This document shows, one piece after another, positions 20,288-30,512 of a stretch of DNA of 64,000 bases; positions within the stretch are counted from its first letter, which is position 1; each line of letters begins with the position of its first letter. The notes beneath the pieces were generated by a model that saw only the letters and a list, made by a program, of their open reading frames with translations, had not been told where the DNA came from and ran no database searches. The DNA comes from an uncultured Dehalococcoidia bacterium (lineage in GTDB: Bacteria > Chloroflexota > Dehalococcoidia > Lucifugimonadales > UBA826), in the NCBI GenBank assembly GCA_964500645.1, contig CAZCOH010000002.1, positions 51,735 to 115,734 of the forward strand. Reading direction: 5' to 3'. The position numbers and the translations under genes were made by a program.

Positions 20288-20482
20288 ATTTTTCTCCTCA
20301 AGCTATTAAAAGCTACTATTTTTCTAATCTTCCTAAAGAAAATCCGAAAACAAACTAATTAAAACCAGTCATAAAATGCCTAATCCTAAGTTCGCAGCGG
20401 ACACTATATCACAGCATCATTCAAATTTTAAAGGGGTATAACCCGAATATTAAGATAATCTGAAACACCTTTACGTGTAACG

Positions 20483-21418
20483 CTAGAAACCGCCTCCACT
20501 TCCCTTGCCTCTCAAGCGAGGATCAAGGAGGTCTCTCAAAGCATCCCCAAACATGTTACTTCCATAAACAACAATGCTTAAAACAAGGCCAGGCCAAACA
20601 GATAACATAGGTGACGAGAATATATGATTCATTCCCGACCCACTAAGCATTCCACCCCAACTAGGGGCCGGTGGGGGAACTCCTAATCCGAGGAAACTCA
20701 GACCAGCTTCCGATAACATCATGCCAGGCATCCTTGTAGTGACTAATACAAGTAGAAATGGAGCAACGTTAGGAAGTAGATGTCTTAAAAGAATTCGGAG
20801 TGTGTTGGCACCATTTGCCTCCGCCGCCTCTACATAGGCATTTTCTCTAATACCTATCACAGCTCCTCTTACAGATCTTGATCCACCTAAGCCATAAGAG
20901 ATGCCCAAGATAAATACGATGGTCCACAAACCGGGACCAACAACAGCAACCATCAATATAAGTATGATCAGTTCAGGAAGACAAATCCAAGAGTCTATTA
21001 CCCTTTGAACTACTAGATCAAACTTGCCTCCGAAATAACCGGAAGGTAAACCAATCAGCAGAGATATTATGAGCGAGAATACACTACCGACCACTCCCAC
21101 AATCATCGATATTCTTGCCCCATACACTATCCGGCTGAAGATATCTCTTCCAAGATTATCCGTCCCTAACAGATGCTTCCATGATGGGCCTTCTAGATAT
21201 TGTCCTCTAAATTGTTCGTTGAAACCAAACGGGGCAACAATGTTCGCAAACACGCCGACAAAGAAGAAAACCAACACTATAACTGCAGAGGCCGTGCCCA
21301 GCGGTTTTTCCCTGTAGAGTCTTACAAAAAATTGAGCAACCGGGTTCAATTTTTTTCGTCTCTGGCCAGGAAATTCTATTTCCGAACCTGGCTGGTTATC
21401 TACTGTACTTTCAACCAT
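20483..21418 (-). CDS. ABC transporter permease (DppC/OppC-like)
   Basis: Polytopic, with the conserved loop YVEAAEANGANTLRILLRHLLPNV. Confidence 0.85.
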   Translation of the reverse strand: MVESTVDNQPGSEIEFPGQRRKKLNPVAQFFVRLYREKPLGTASAVIVLVFFFVGVFANIVAPFGFNEQFRGQYLEGPSWKHLLGTDNLGRDIFSRIVYGARISMIVGVVGSVFSLIISLLIGLPSGYFGGKFDLVVQRVIDSWICLPELIILILMVAVVGPGLWTIVFILGISYGLGGSRSVRGAVIGIRENAYVEAAEANGANTLRILLRHLLPNVAPFLLVLVTTRMPGMMLSEAGLSFLGLGVPPPAPSWGGMLSGSGMNHIFSSPMLSVWPGLVLSIVVYGSNMFGDALRDLLDPRLRGKGSGGGF

Positions 21419-21435
21419 ATTATTGAATTCCTCTT

Positions 21436-22401
21436 CTAGCTATACCGGATTCTTGGATCCAGTAGAGCGTAACTAATGTCTGTAATTAAAATGATAATAA
21501 GGGCGAATATACTGAATACCAACGCCACTCCCACCATTAGAGGGAAATCTCTTATGAATGCTGCTTCAACAGCCAGTCTTCCCATGCCAGGAAGCCCAAA
21601 TATTTGTTCAATTATGATCGACCCCCCCACAACCACAGGAACATTTAATCCAATTACTGTCACTACTGGGATCAACGCATTTTTAACCGCATGTCTTAGG
21701 ACCACCACTCTTTCCACGAGCCCTTTAGAATATGCTGTCCTGATGTAGTCTTCCCGCACTACCTCTAACATCATCGTCCTCATAAGCCTCATATTGACGC
21801 CGTTAATTGCCATTCCCATAATCGCAGCAGGGAGTAAGTACATTTTAAAATTGCCCCATGGGTCATCCCATAGAGATATGTTTATGATTGGTGGTGACCA
21901 TCCCCACCATACGGAAGGAAACACCACACACATAATCCCAACCCAAAACGAAGGGACACTGATTAGCAAAATAGCCATACTTCTAGCTATGTAGTCTCCC
22001 AGTGTATCCTGCCGTATTGCAGAATATATCGCCACCGGAAACGATATAAGCATCGCAATTATTAGTGCCATGATGCCCAACTGAAAAGTGATTGGAAGCC
22101 TTTCTACAACGTGGTCTCTAACAGGTCCACCAATAAATATCGACTCGCCTAAGTTTCCGTGGAGAATAACTTCTTTCCAGAACCTCAAATACTGTATGTA
22201 TATTGGGGCATCAAGACCTAGTTCCTTCTCTAATTGTGCACGTAGCTCTGCCCTATTTTCCTTTCCTGACAAGTCCATTTGACCCACTAATACGTCAATG
22301 GCGTCTCCCGGTATCAGTCTGATGATAACCATTACGAGAGCAACAACTATCAACACTGTCGGAAAAAGTAAGAGTACCCGTCTGGCTATATAAGTTCGCA
22401 T
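21436..22401 (-). CDS. ABC transporter permease (DppB/OppB-like)
   Basis: Begins MRTYIARRVLLLFPTVLIV and has the conserved loop DYIRTAYSKGLVERVVVLRHAVKNALIPVVT. Confidence 0.85.
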   Translation of the reverse strand: MRTYIARRVLLLFPTVLIVVALVMVIIRLIPGDAIDVLVGQMDLSGKENRAELRAQLEKELGLDAPIYIQYLRFWKEVILHGNLGESIFIGGPVRDHVVERLPITFQLGIMALIIAMLISFPVAIYSAIRQDTLGDYIARSMAILLISVPSFWVGIMCVVFPSVWWGWSPPIINISLWDDPWGNFKMYLLPAAIMGMAINGVNMRLMRTMMLEVVREDYIRTAYSKGLVERVVVLRHAVKNALIPVVTVIGLNVPVVVGGSIIIEQIFGLPGMGRLAVEAAFIRDFPLMVGVALVFSIFALIIILITDISYALLDPRIRYS

Positions 22402-22416
22402 ACTGCTATTTAACCT

Positions 22417-23229
22417 CTAAAATTTAACGTCCACTCCTGCAGCTTCAAGCGCAGGGATGACATTATTTATCGAATTGTCATCTAGGGGAACTCCCCAGCA
22501 TCTGATCTCTGTTCCTTCACCCCATCCCGCATCCAACAATGGAGATAAATCCGTGACATTGTTCTTTGAAAACTCCAAAGCCTTAACATTTGGAAGACCA
22601 GCTAGAGGGGACAAATCAGTAATTTGGTTTGTATTCAATCTAATTACCTCTAAACCTTTCATGCTAGCTAGAGGTGAAATATCACTAATCAAGTTATCTT
22701 GTATGTTTATCTCTGTTATACCCGTCATACCAGCCAAAACGGATATATCGGTTATCTGGTTCTGCATGAGATGAAGATAGTACACATCCGTTAACGGTGC
22801 TAAGGCCGAGATATCGACAATAGCATTCTGGCTAAGGTTAAGTCGTTTCATTTTAGTAAGCTGACCAACCTGAGTAACATCAACAAGTTTATTTTGAGCG
22901 AGATCCAAATCTTCAAGATTGGACATTTTCTCTAAACCGGAAAGATCTTCGATATACAACTCAAGTGCCGCATTGAAAACTGTAAATTGCGTGAAGTCTG
23001 TATCTGCTGGAATGTCCGCCCCTTCCGGTAGATTCAATTTCAACCTGATGTTTTTCGCAAGAGTCCCGTCTGGGAAAAGTGACGAAGCTGTTGTTGAGAC
23101 TCTGTTAGACGTCCCAGACCCTAGGTCTGCTTCACTACTAGAACTTGAAGAGCCGCATGCCATTCCCAAGATCGAAAATAAAGCTACCAAAGCAAGCAGG
23201 GCGATTGTAAATTTTCGTCCAATACTCAT
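22417..23229 (-). CDS. leucine-rich-repeat (internalin-like) lipoprotein
   Basis: Signal peptide MSIGRKFTIALLALVALFSILGMAC, then about seven 22-residue repeats of the form L..L.L..N.I.DIS.L. It is the first gene of the ABC operon. Confidence 0.75.
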   Translation of the reverse strand: MSIGRKFTIALLALVALFSILGMACGSSSSSSEADLGSGTSNRVSTTASSLFPDGTLAKNIRLKLNLPEGADIPADTDFTQFTVFNAALELYIEDLSGLEKMSNLEDLDLAQNKLVDVTQVGQLTKMKRLNLSQNAIVDISALAPLTDVYYLHLMQNQITDISVLAGMTGITEINIQDNLISDISPLASMKGLEVIRLNTNQITDLSPLAGLPNVKALEFSKNNVTDLSPLLDAGWGEGTEIRCWGVPLDDNSINNVIPALEAAGVDVKF

Positions 23230-23788
23230 TTCTTAAACCCTCATACCTAACCAGTATTTTTCTAAAACTTTTTTAACTTGCCGATGTTAACATCCCACAT
23301 AACTTTTATGATAGCCCATTGGCGTACCTCTATATTTACCAATCGCCACTATTTTTAAAAGAAGCGAGATTTCTCCAACCTGGGCGATCACCTTAACGTG
23401 AACCTCACCGCGGTCAATATGCTACTAATAAATTTTTAAACTTAGATGCCCAATCATTCGTGACCAAAATAATAACCTATTTGTCAGAACCTTCAGGACC
23501 TATGGCCTATTTACATTCCATCTCATATAAAACAGGGGATGATAGTCTAGCAAATTTTCGAGTTTTATCAATCAAATTCGAAAAATAACTCAACTTTATT
23601 TCGTTTAATAGCTTCCTGTTTTTCTAAAAAACTAAACCCTTTCTGACAAAAATTTTGCCAAAGTAACTTCCGGTGAGTAACATTTACGGACTAATTTTCA
23701 AGCTCACATCGCTGTAAGGAAAATTCTAAGAAACGAGTAGATTTAAAGGGTATCGAGAATATACAGGTATCAAAGTAAGGTATCAGAA

Positions 23789-25045
23789 TTGCTTAGCTTC
23801 AATAAAAAATCGCTTATCGATAGGTGGTCATCTCTAAACGTAGAATCGTTGCTTTCTGAGGCTGCACAAGGAATAGAAGCAGGAAGTGCAACTGATTCAG
23901 GAAGATTCGGAAAAATACCCACAAATCACCCGGATCCCATCTTCCTCGCCGGAGGAATACCCGATGACACGGCCTTACCGATTGAAGACCTAATTCATGG
24001 ATTCACAAAGGCGATTAAAAATCAATCTAGTGAGTCTTTGATGTATGGGGGCTGGTTTGGATATAGTGGATGTCGTGAAGCAATAGCCAAGAGACAAAAC
24101 AAACTCGAAGGCACAAACCTAACAGAAGCCAACATAATAATGCACAACGGATCCTCAGGATGTTTAGAGAACATTCTCCGGGCTTTTGTACAACCAGGCG
24201 ATGTTGTACTTGTGGAATCGCCTAGCTACTCAGGAACCGTTAGAGCCATACTCGGTTATCAAGCAGAAGTTGTTGAAGTCTCGATGAATAGACATGGTAT
24301 AGATCCTGACCTATTCGCAGAAACGGTCCTCAACCTAAAATCCCAGGGAAAAAGGGTAAAACTTTTTTATACAATCCCGGACTACCACAACCCGATGGGG
24401 AATGTCACCGATTTAGAGATTAGGCAGTCCATCCTACAAACCTGCGCTGAACATAAAATTATCGTAGCTGAGGACGCAGCCTATTCTGAGCTTCATTATG
24501 ACGTCCCTCCGCCTCCCTCATACTATGCTCTATCAGATGGTCACGGTGTATTGAGAATGTGTAGCTTTAGCAAAATAATTGCTACTGGCCTGCGTGCGGG
24601 ATGGATCCAGGCGAGAAAGGATTATGCGGATGTTCTAACGCGCGTGCGATTTGATATGGGAAACAGCCCACTAGTTCACTTTGTTTTAGAAGATTTTATT
24701 AAATCTGGTCGTCTCGACACTCATGTTGAAGCCATGAGAAAACTGTATAGAGAAAAATGTTTCGCTATGATTGACTCTCTAAAAACGCATTGCGAACCAT
24801 ACACAGAAGTAGATACTCCAGAGGGGGGATATTTCCTGTGGGTTCGAGCCCGCTCGGGTAAGGCTAGCGAACTGGTAAAAGCCGCGACTGATGAGGGCCT
24901 TATTTTCCCCGAGGGTAATGTGTTCTTCGTAGATAAAGAACCCGATGACGATCACTTCAGACTAGCCTTCACTCGGGCTTCACTTGAACATATTGAGGAG
25001 TCAGGGAAACGTCTCCGAAAGGCGTTCGAAAAAATCTTAGACTAA
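23789..25045 (+). CDS. PLP-dependent aminotransferase, class I/II (2-aminoadipate/LysN-like)
   Basis: SFSKIIATGLRAGW PLP-lysine motif and NPMGNV and PSYSG motifs. TTG start. Confidence 0.8.
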   Translation: MLSFNKKSLIDRWSSLNVESLLSEAAQGIEAGSATDSGRFGKIPTNHPDPIFLAGGIPDDTALPIEDLIHGFTKAIKNQSSESLMYGGWFGYSGCREAIAKRQNKLEGTNLTEANIIMHNGSSGCLENILRAFVQPGDVVLVESPSYSGTVRAILGYQAEVVEVSMNRHGIDPDLFAETVLNLKSQGKRVKLFYTIPDYHNPMGNVTDLEIRQSILQTCAEHKIIVAEDAAYSELHYDVPPPPSYYALSDGHGVLRMCSFSKIIATGLRAGWIQARKDYADVLTRVRFDMGNSPLVHFVLEDFIKSGRLDTHVEAMRKLYREKCFAMIDSLKTHCEPYTEVDTPEGGYFLWVRARSGKASELVKAATDEGLIFPEGNVFFVDKEPDDDHFRLAFTRASLEHIEESGKRLRKAFEKILD

Positions 25046-25051
25046 ATTAAG

Positions 25052-25126
25052 TGGAGCCGACGATCAGGATTGAACTGATGACCTGCTGTTTACAAAACAG
25101 CTGCTCTACCACTGAGCTACGTCGGC
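25052..25126 (-). tRNA. tRNA-Thr (anticodon UGU), CCA encoded
   Basis: I folded it by hand as a 75-nt cloverleaf: acceptor GCCGACG/CGTCGGC, D arm GCTC-AGTGGTA-GAGC, anticodon arm GCTGT-TTTGTAA-ACAGC, T arm ATCAG-TTCAATC-CTGAT, discriminator T and CCA. Confidence 0.9.
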
Positions 25127-25178
25127 ACGAGAGAAATTATAACTCAGGCAGGACGTTTACACTTCGAGTGACAGTCAT

Positions 25179-26507
25179 TTAATCCCATTCCCATTCAACA
25201 GATCCTATTTGAACAGTGTCCCCAGCCTGTATTCCTGCTTCTTCTAAGGCTCGAACCACCCCCGTTTTCAATAGATGCTTATAGAATTGCATCCTTGCTT
25301 TCCAATCTTCGTAATCGATCCTTTGAGCAATTCTTTCGACACCTGGGGCATCCACAATGAATATTTCATTTTGCACGTGAACACGGACTCCTCTCCTCCG
25401 AGGCTCAGGCCTGATAACAGGCAATTCTTCATCAAAACTTGTCGTGGACGCAGAAGCAAAGTTTGCAGATTCAAAATCTTTTTCTGGCTTATTCGACAAA
25501 GGTCTAAAACCTCTGTTAATTTCGACCTCTGGTGCTACCAAAAGTCGAACTACTTCATCCATTAAAGATTCAACTCCTTCACCTGTTGCCGATGAAATAA
25601 CATAACAGTTCACATTATTGTCTTTAATAACATCAACTATATCGTCTATCAAAACTCTGACATCGTTGATATCTATCTTGTTTATCGCAACAACCCTCGG
25701 CCTATTTAATAAACTCTTATCGTACAGTTTTAATTCACTGATAATCTGATTGTAAGAATCCTCTGGGTCTTCATCCGATCCATCAACTAGATGAACCAAC
25801 ACTTTTGTACGCTCTATGTGCCTTAGAAACTCGTGTCCCAGACCGATTCCTTCACTTGCTCCTTCAATCAGGCCTGGTATGTCTACCATTACAAAATCCA
25901 TATCCCTATGATCAACTACACCTAGATTAGGCTCTAGAGTCGTAAAGGGATAATTAGCTATTTTAGGGGTAGCTTCTGTAACAAAAGACAACAGTGTTGA
26001 CTTGCCTGCGTTCGGTTTCCCTACTATACCCACATCTGCTAACAACTTAAGTTCAAGGCCTATTTCAAGCTCTTCCCCTATCTCTCCTGCTTGCGCAATT
26101 ACAGGGTATTGATTGGTTGATGAGGCATATTTAACATTTCCATATCCACCTCTTCCTCCATTAGCTACTACAAATTTCTGGCCATTTCTCTCCACATCCG
26201 CGATGATGTTTTGGTCTTGATCAACCAGTTGAGTCCCTAAAGGTACTGATATCAATACATCTTTGCCATCTGCCCCATGTTTTTTAGCCCCTGCTCCATT
26301 TCCTCCGTGACCAGCAGCAAAATTTCTTTTATATCTAAATCCTAGCAGCGTGTTCTCATTGGTATCTCCAATTATGATAATATCCCCTCCTTTTCCTCCG
26401 TCTCCCCCATCAGGTCCACCTCTAGGAACGAATTTTTCATGTCTACCACTTACAGCACCGTCTCCCCCATCCCCACTCTTTATTGTTATTTTTACTTTAT
26501 CGATCAT
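25179..26507 (-). CDS. obg: GTPase Obg/CgtA
   Basis: Gly-rich Obg fold (SGDGGDGAVSGRHEKFVPRGGPDGGDGGKGGD), G1 GKPNAGKST and G4 NKID, plus a C-terminal OCT-like domain. Confidence 0.9.
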   Translation of the reverse strand: MIDKVKITIKSGDGGDGAVSGRHEKFVPRGGPDGGDGGKGGDIIIIGDTNENTLLGFRYKRNFAAGHGGNGAGAKKHGADGKDVLISVPLGTQLVDQDQNIIADVERNGQKFVVANGGRGGYGNVKYASSTNQYPVIAQAGEIGEELEIGLELKLLADVGIVGKPNAGKSTLLSFVTEATPKIANYPFTTLEPNLGVVDHRDMDFVMVDIPGLIEGASEGIGLGHEFLRHIERTKVLVHLVDGSDEDPEDSYNQIISELKLYDKSLLNRPRVVAINKIDINDVRVLIDDIVDVIKDNNVNCYVISSATGEGVESLMDEVVRLLVAPEVEINRGFRPLSNKPEKDFESANFASASTTSFDEELPVIRPEPRRRGVRVHVQNEIFIVDAPGVERIAQRIDYEDWKARMQFYKHLLKTGVVRALEEAGIQAGDTVQIGSVEWEWD

Positions 26508-26781
26508 ATCTTCATTTTTGAAATATAAATTTTTTAAGATAATAACAATATCTCATAATACTGTAGATTCTGTGGAAAATATGAGTAACAGCCAGAGAAT
26601 AGTCAGAAATTTTCTTGCTGTTTCTAGTGGAGCGAATGTGAGTAATAATATCTATATTGTGGATAGAAAATAAAGAGAATAGAAATTGTGGAAAATTGTT
26701 TATCTTATAGACAGTGTTTGGTACGTTTCAACAAAATATATGCACTGAAATGTTTGTAGCTAATATTGGAGAAAAATAAAA

Positions 26782-28110
26782 ATGTCATCAATAAATGAGT
26801 CAATCAAAAATCTTCTTACCAGGAAATCCATTTATCAGGCTTATCTTGATGTGGAAGTGGCGCTGGCCAAAGCACAAGCAAAGCAAGAAATAATACCTTT
26901 ATGGGCAGCAACAAAAATTCAAGAAAAAGGGAAATTAGAATTAATAGATTTAGATAATGTAGATGAAGGATTAAAAAAGACCGGGCATCCGCTTGTCCCT
27001 TTAATTTGGGAATTAGACAGGGTATGTGGAGATGATGCAGGCGGCTACATACACTGGGGAGCGACGACTCAGAACATAACGCAAACTGGAAAACTTTTAA
27101 TAGTTAAAAAATGCCATGACTTTTATTTAGAGGGCTTAGGTGAATTACTACTTACTTTGAGTGACTTGGCGGAAAAATCTAAGAACTATTCAATGCCAGG
27201 AAGGACACACGGGCAACATGCTGTTCCTGCAACGTTTGGGTATAAGGTTGCTGTTTGGATTGATGAATTAATTAGGCATGTATCGCGATTAAAAGAATGT
27301 GAAGATCGTGTATTTGTAGCAATGCTTGGAGGAGGTGCCGGTACTATGGCATCTGTAGGATTGGAAGGAATAGAAACCCAAAATCTCATGGCAAAGGAAT
27401 TGGGATTAGCGTCAATGTCTATGCCTTCTCGGACAATCGGTGATCATCTCACAGAATATATAACTCTTTTAGCAATGCTAGCGGCTACCTCGAGTAAGAT
27501 GGCTCGTGAGGTGTACACCATGATGAAGCAGGAATTTGGTGAAGTTGAGGAACCAGTACCACTGGGGGCTGTTGGATCTTCTACAATGCCTCAGAAAAGA
27601 AACCCACGATTGAGCCAAGATGTGGTGGCTTGGGCATCAGAGGTCCGGACATTTGTGCCTATGGCGTTGGAGGCTATGCAAACTGAACATGAGGCCGATA
27701 AAACTACAAGTATGATGATAAATTCAGCAATCGACAGAGTGTGTTTTTTAATCGCTCAGATTTTAGATAATCTAAATGAGATATTTTCAGGCCTCACGTT
27801 GTTTCCGGACAGGATGAGAATCAATCTAGATTTGTCGGGAGGGTTAATAATGTCCGAGAAAATAATGTTAGAGCTAGGGAAGGAAATGGGAAGACAAAAA
27901 GCTCATGATGTTGTTTATGATGCAGCCCAGAAATCTGTTAATGAAGGACGACCTTTCAGGGAGACTCTGTCTGAAGAAAGCGAAGTGTCAAACAGACTAA
28001 CACCAGAACAGATTTCAGATCTTCTTAATCCTGAGCACTATATCGGCTTGTCAACATATTTTGCCGAGGTTTATGCAAAAAAAGGCAGGGAAGTTGCTTC
28101 TAAATTGTAA
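26782..28110 (+). CDS. fumarate-lyase superfamily enzyme (adenylosuccinate lyase / 3-carboxy-cis,cis-muconate cycloisomerase-like)
   Basis: GSSTMPQKRNP signature loop and HWGATTQNI motif. Confidence 0.8.
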   Translation: MSSINESIKNLLTRKSIYQAYLDVEVALAKAQAKQEIIPLWAATKIQEKGKLELIDLDNVDEGLKKTGHPLVPLIWELDRVCGDDAGGYIHWGATTQNITQTGKLLIVKKCHDFYLEGLGELLLTLSDLAEKSKNYSMPGRTHGQHAVPATFGYKVAVWIDELIRHVSRLKECEDRVFVAMLGGGAGTMASVGLEGIETQNLMAKELGLASMSMPSRTIGDHLTEYITLLAMLAATSSKMAREVYTMMKQEFGEVEEPVPLGAVGSSTMPQKRNPRLSQDVVAWASEVRTFVPMALEAMQTEHEADKTTSMMINSAIDRVCFLIAQILDNLNEIFSGLTLFPDRMRINLDLSGGLIMSEKIMLELGKEMGRQKAHDVVYDAAQKSVNEGRPFRETLSEESEVSNRLTPEQISDLLNPEHYIGLSTYFAEVYAKKGREVASKL

Positions 28111-28123
28111 AGTGACTTTTTGT

Positions 28124-29341
28124 TCAGATTAGAGGAATCGGTAGATCAGCAGGGATAGCTCCGCTTTGTACCATACGTGAGATATCTATGTCAGAAATGC
28201 CTATCTCTTTTAGAACTTGATGAGTATCTGCTCCAAATGAAGGGGGAACAATGTCGATGAGTTTGTTTCCTGACATAGATACAGGGTTACCTGGCCAGGT
28301 AGTATTTCCCCAATTTGTTTGATCTTTTGGAGTGTCATCAGAGGAATATTCATAATCTGTTTTTATAACCATTCCATTCTCTTGGTTGTAAGGATCTGAA
28401 TGAAGGTCTAGAGCCGTGTTATTACGAACAGCAGGAATTCCTGCTGTATTCAAAATAATTTCCCAATCTGAAACAGACTTTGTTTCAAAGATTTTCTCTA
28501 TTAAATGAACTTCACCTGACTGTATTGCCTTACAAAAAGCTGGAATTGCCTTGAAATTGTCACGTTCTGATTTAGTGGAAGCAGAAATGAAGATCCATCC
28601 GTCACTGCATTCGTAAAGTCTGTTGCAACAGTCTTTACCTCTAGCCCCGGGTCCACCTATCTCTTCCCTATTAAAACCATCGTAATCAATGTTATAAGAA
28701 CCGGTAATTGTTGATGAGGTATATGACAGGGCGGCTTCGACTTTTTGTCCTCTACCTGTTTTGTTGCGTTCCAATATAGCTAACATAATTGCGAATGCGG
28801 CTGATATTCCTGTTCCGTAATCATTCAAAGTAAATGTAGCCGGACGAGGTTTTATAGTTTCACTATTGGGATCGGCCGGAATTCCGGAATTTCGCAGTTG
28901 TACGCCTGTGGCGGCCTGGGCATTTTGTTCAAACCCTGGTCTCAATTGCCACGGGCCTTCGTGTCCGAAGCAATTTATTGAGCCGTAAATAAGAGATGGA
29001 TTTCTCTCGGAGAGCCTTTCGTATCCGATTCCAAGTCGATCGGCCACTCCTTTTCTAAATCCTTCTATGATTACATCAGCAGAATCTGCCAATTTCAGGA
29101 ATGCTTCAATACCTCCTGGCTTATTCAAATTAAGTGAAATACTTCTTTTTCCACGCCCTACGTCAAGCCAAGGTGTAAGTTGAGGGAGACGGTGATCCGG
29201 GTCTATTTTTATTACTTCTGCGCCATACTGTGCCAAAGTTCTTCCGCAAGTAGGACCTGCAAGGACAATACAGAGATCTAGAACCCGTATTCCTTCCAAC
29301 GGCGGTGATTCAGTCATTTGAACCTGCTCTTTGCTATTCAT
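28124..29341 (-). CDS. family III CoA-transferase (CaiB/BaiF/Frc-like), catalytic-Asp-containing module
   Basis: LEGIRVLDLCIVLAGPTCGRTLAQYGAEVIKID N-terminal motif and LNDYGTG...LERNKTGRGQ active-site region. I prefer ATG 29341, which overlaps the upstream stop as ATGAATAG, over the track's ATG at 29380. Confidence 0.85.
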   Translation of the reverse strand: MNSKEQVQMTESPPLEGIRVLDLCIVLAGPTCGRTLAQYGAEVIKIDPDHRLPQLTPWLDVGRGKRSISLNLNKPGGIEAFLKLADSADVIIEGFRKGVADRLGIGYERLSERNPSLIYGSINCFGHEGPWQLRPGFEQNAQAATGVQLRNSGIPADPNSETIKPRPATFTLNDYGTGISAAFAIMLAILERNKTGRGQKVEAALSYTSSTITGSYNIDYDGFNREEIGGPGARGKDCCNRLYECSDGWIFISASTKSERDNFKAIPAFCKAIQSGEVHLIEKIFETKSVSDWEIILNTAGIPAVRNNTALDLHSDPYNQENGMVIKTDYEYSSDDTPKDQTNWGNTTWPGNPVSMSGNKLIDIVPPSFGADTHQVLKEIGISDIDISRMVQSGAIPADLPIPLI

Positions 29342-30416
29342 GGCTATTTCCAATGTATGGCGCGCCACCAGAAACTGCACCCGGATTAGACAGAGTCCTA
29401 ACTAAAACCCCGGGTTGTTTCATTTTCCCGAAACGAGGATCATTAATTTCTATAATCGCACTAGATCGCAAGGCGTGTTCTTCATTAACCCACTCGTCGA
29501 TACTTCGACACATAGTAACCGGTAGGCCCACATCTGACATTAAAGATTCCCATTCCAGAGCGGTTCGTTGTTTCCAAACTGCATTAATTTTGTATTTCCA
29601 AGAAGCTATCAAGGAGGAATCAGGATTGGAGAGCCCGATACTAGAAATCTCTTTCATCCATTCAGGATGCTCTATAACATCAAGAAATATCTCTAAAAAC
29701 CTTGGGATCGATAGATTTACATTTACCCATCTATTGTCTGAGCATTCATAGAACCTCTCGATAATTGGATGGCCTTCTTGCCTACCATGACTCCTCTTTG
29801 CATGGCGTATTAGAGCAGTTCCCATACCTTGGAACATAGCATCATGTATTGGTACCGTGATTCTTTGACCTATTTTTGTGAGATCTCTTTGAATAAGAGC
29901 TGCTACGACTGCGGGAGCAGCAGTCATGGCAGCAAAGGTGCTGGCGTAGTGAAGACTATGAAAAGAGGGTCCCTCTCCTTCAACAGGGAATTCACCTGAA
30001 GGATTGAGAGCATAGATCGCTGCAGATGCGGCAACTAATTCTTCTCTGGCGGGTATATTCTCGTATTTATGGCCTTCCCGGAATGCAGGCAACGAGACAG
30101 TAATTAGGCCTGCATTTGTTTTAGAAAGGATATCTGACGTCAGTCCTATATCATCTGCCTGATGTGGATTTAAGCACTCGATTAAAACATCAGCGTCACT
30201 AAGAAATTCAAGAATAGTTTCTAAGGAAAATGAAGTGTTGATTTGAGTCTTACCCCTGTTCCAAACAGCGTGTTCAGCAGTGCCTTCTAGGGGATTTCCT
30301 TCTTCAGGGCAAATTTTTAACACGTCGGCACCTTGGTCAGCCAACAGCATTCCTAAAATATGACCCGCAGGATAGTTACTGAGTTCGACTACCTTAAATT
30401 GATCTAGGACACCCAA
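29334..30416 (-). CDS. family III CoA-transferase paralogue without an Asp at the catalytic position
   Basis: FKVVELSNYPAGHILGMLLADQGADVLKI N-terminal motif. The equivalent active-site stretch reads LHYASTFAAMTAAPAVVAALIQRDLTKIGQ, with no acidic residue. Confidence 0.8.
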   Translation of the reverse strand: MGVLDQFKVVELSNYPAGHILGMLLADQGADVLKICPEEGNPLEGTAEHAVWNRGKTQINTSFSLETILEFLSDADVLIECLNPHQADDIGLTSDILSKTNAGLITVSLPAFREGHKYENIPAREELVAASAAIYALNPSGEFPVEGEGPSFHSLHYASTFAAMTAAPAVVAALIQRDLTKIGQRITVPIHDAMFQGMGTALIRHAKRSHGRQEGHPIIERFYECSDNRWVNVNLSIPRFLEIFLDVIEHPEWMKEISSIGLSNPDSSLIASWKYKINAVWKQRTALEWESLMSDVGLPVTMCRSIDEWVNEEHALRSSAIIEINDPRFGKMKQPGVLVRTLSNPGAVSGGAPYIGNSHE

Positions 30417-30512
30417 TATAAATATGCCTTTCTACTAATCAGTAAATCTTGCCGAGTTACAGATGGGCCCCGAGTTTGTACTCTATGGTGGACCCACCTG
30501 CAAATGTTTAAC

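Noticed and set aside
24839-24860. GGGTTCGAGCCC, a tRNA T-arm-like sequence about 200 nt from tRNA-Thr, which could be a tRNA fragment or att remnant.
   Set aside because: It lies inside the well-supported aminotransferase CDS. No cloverleaf can be built around it, and it does not match the T-arm of the neighbouring tRNA-Thr.
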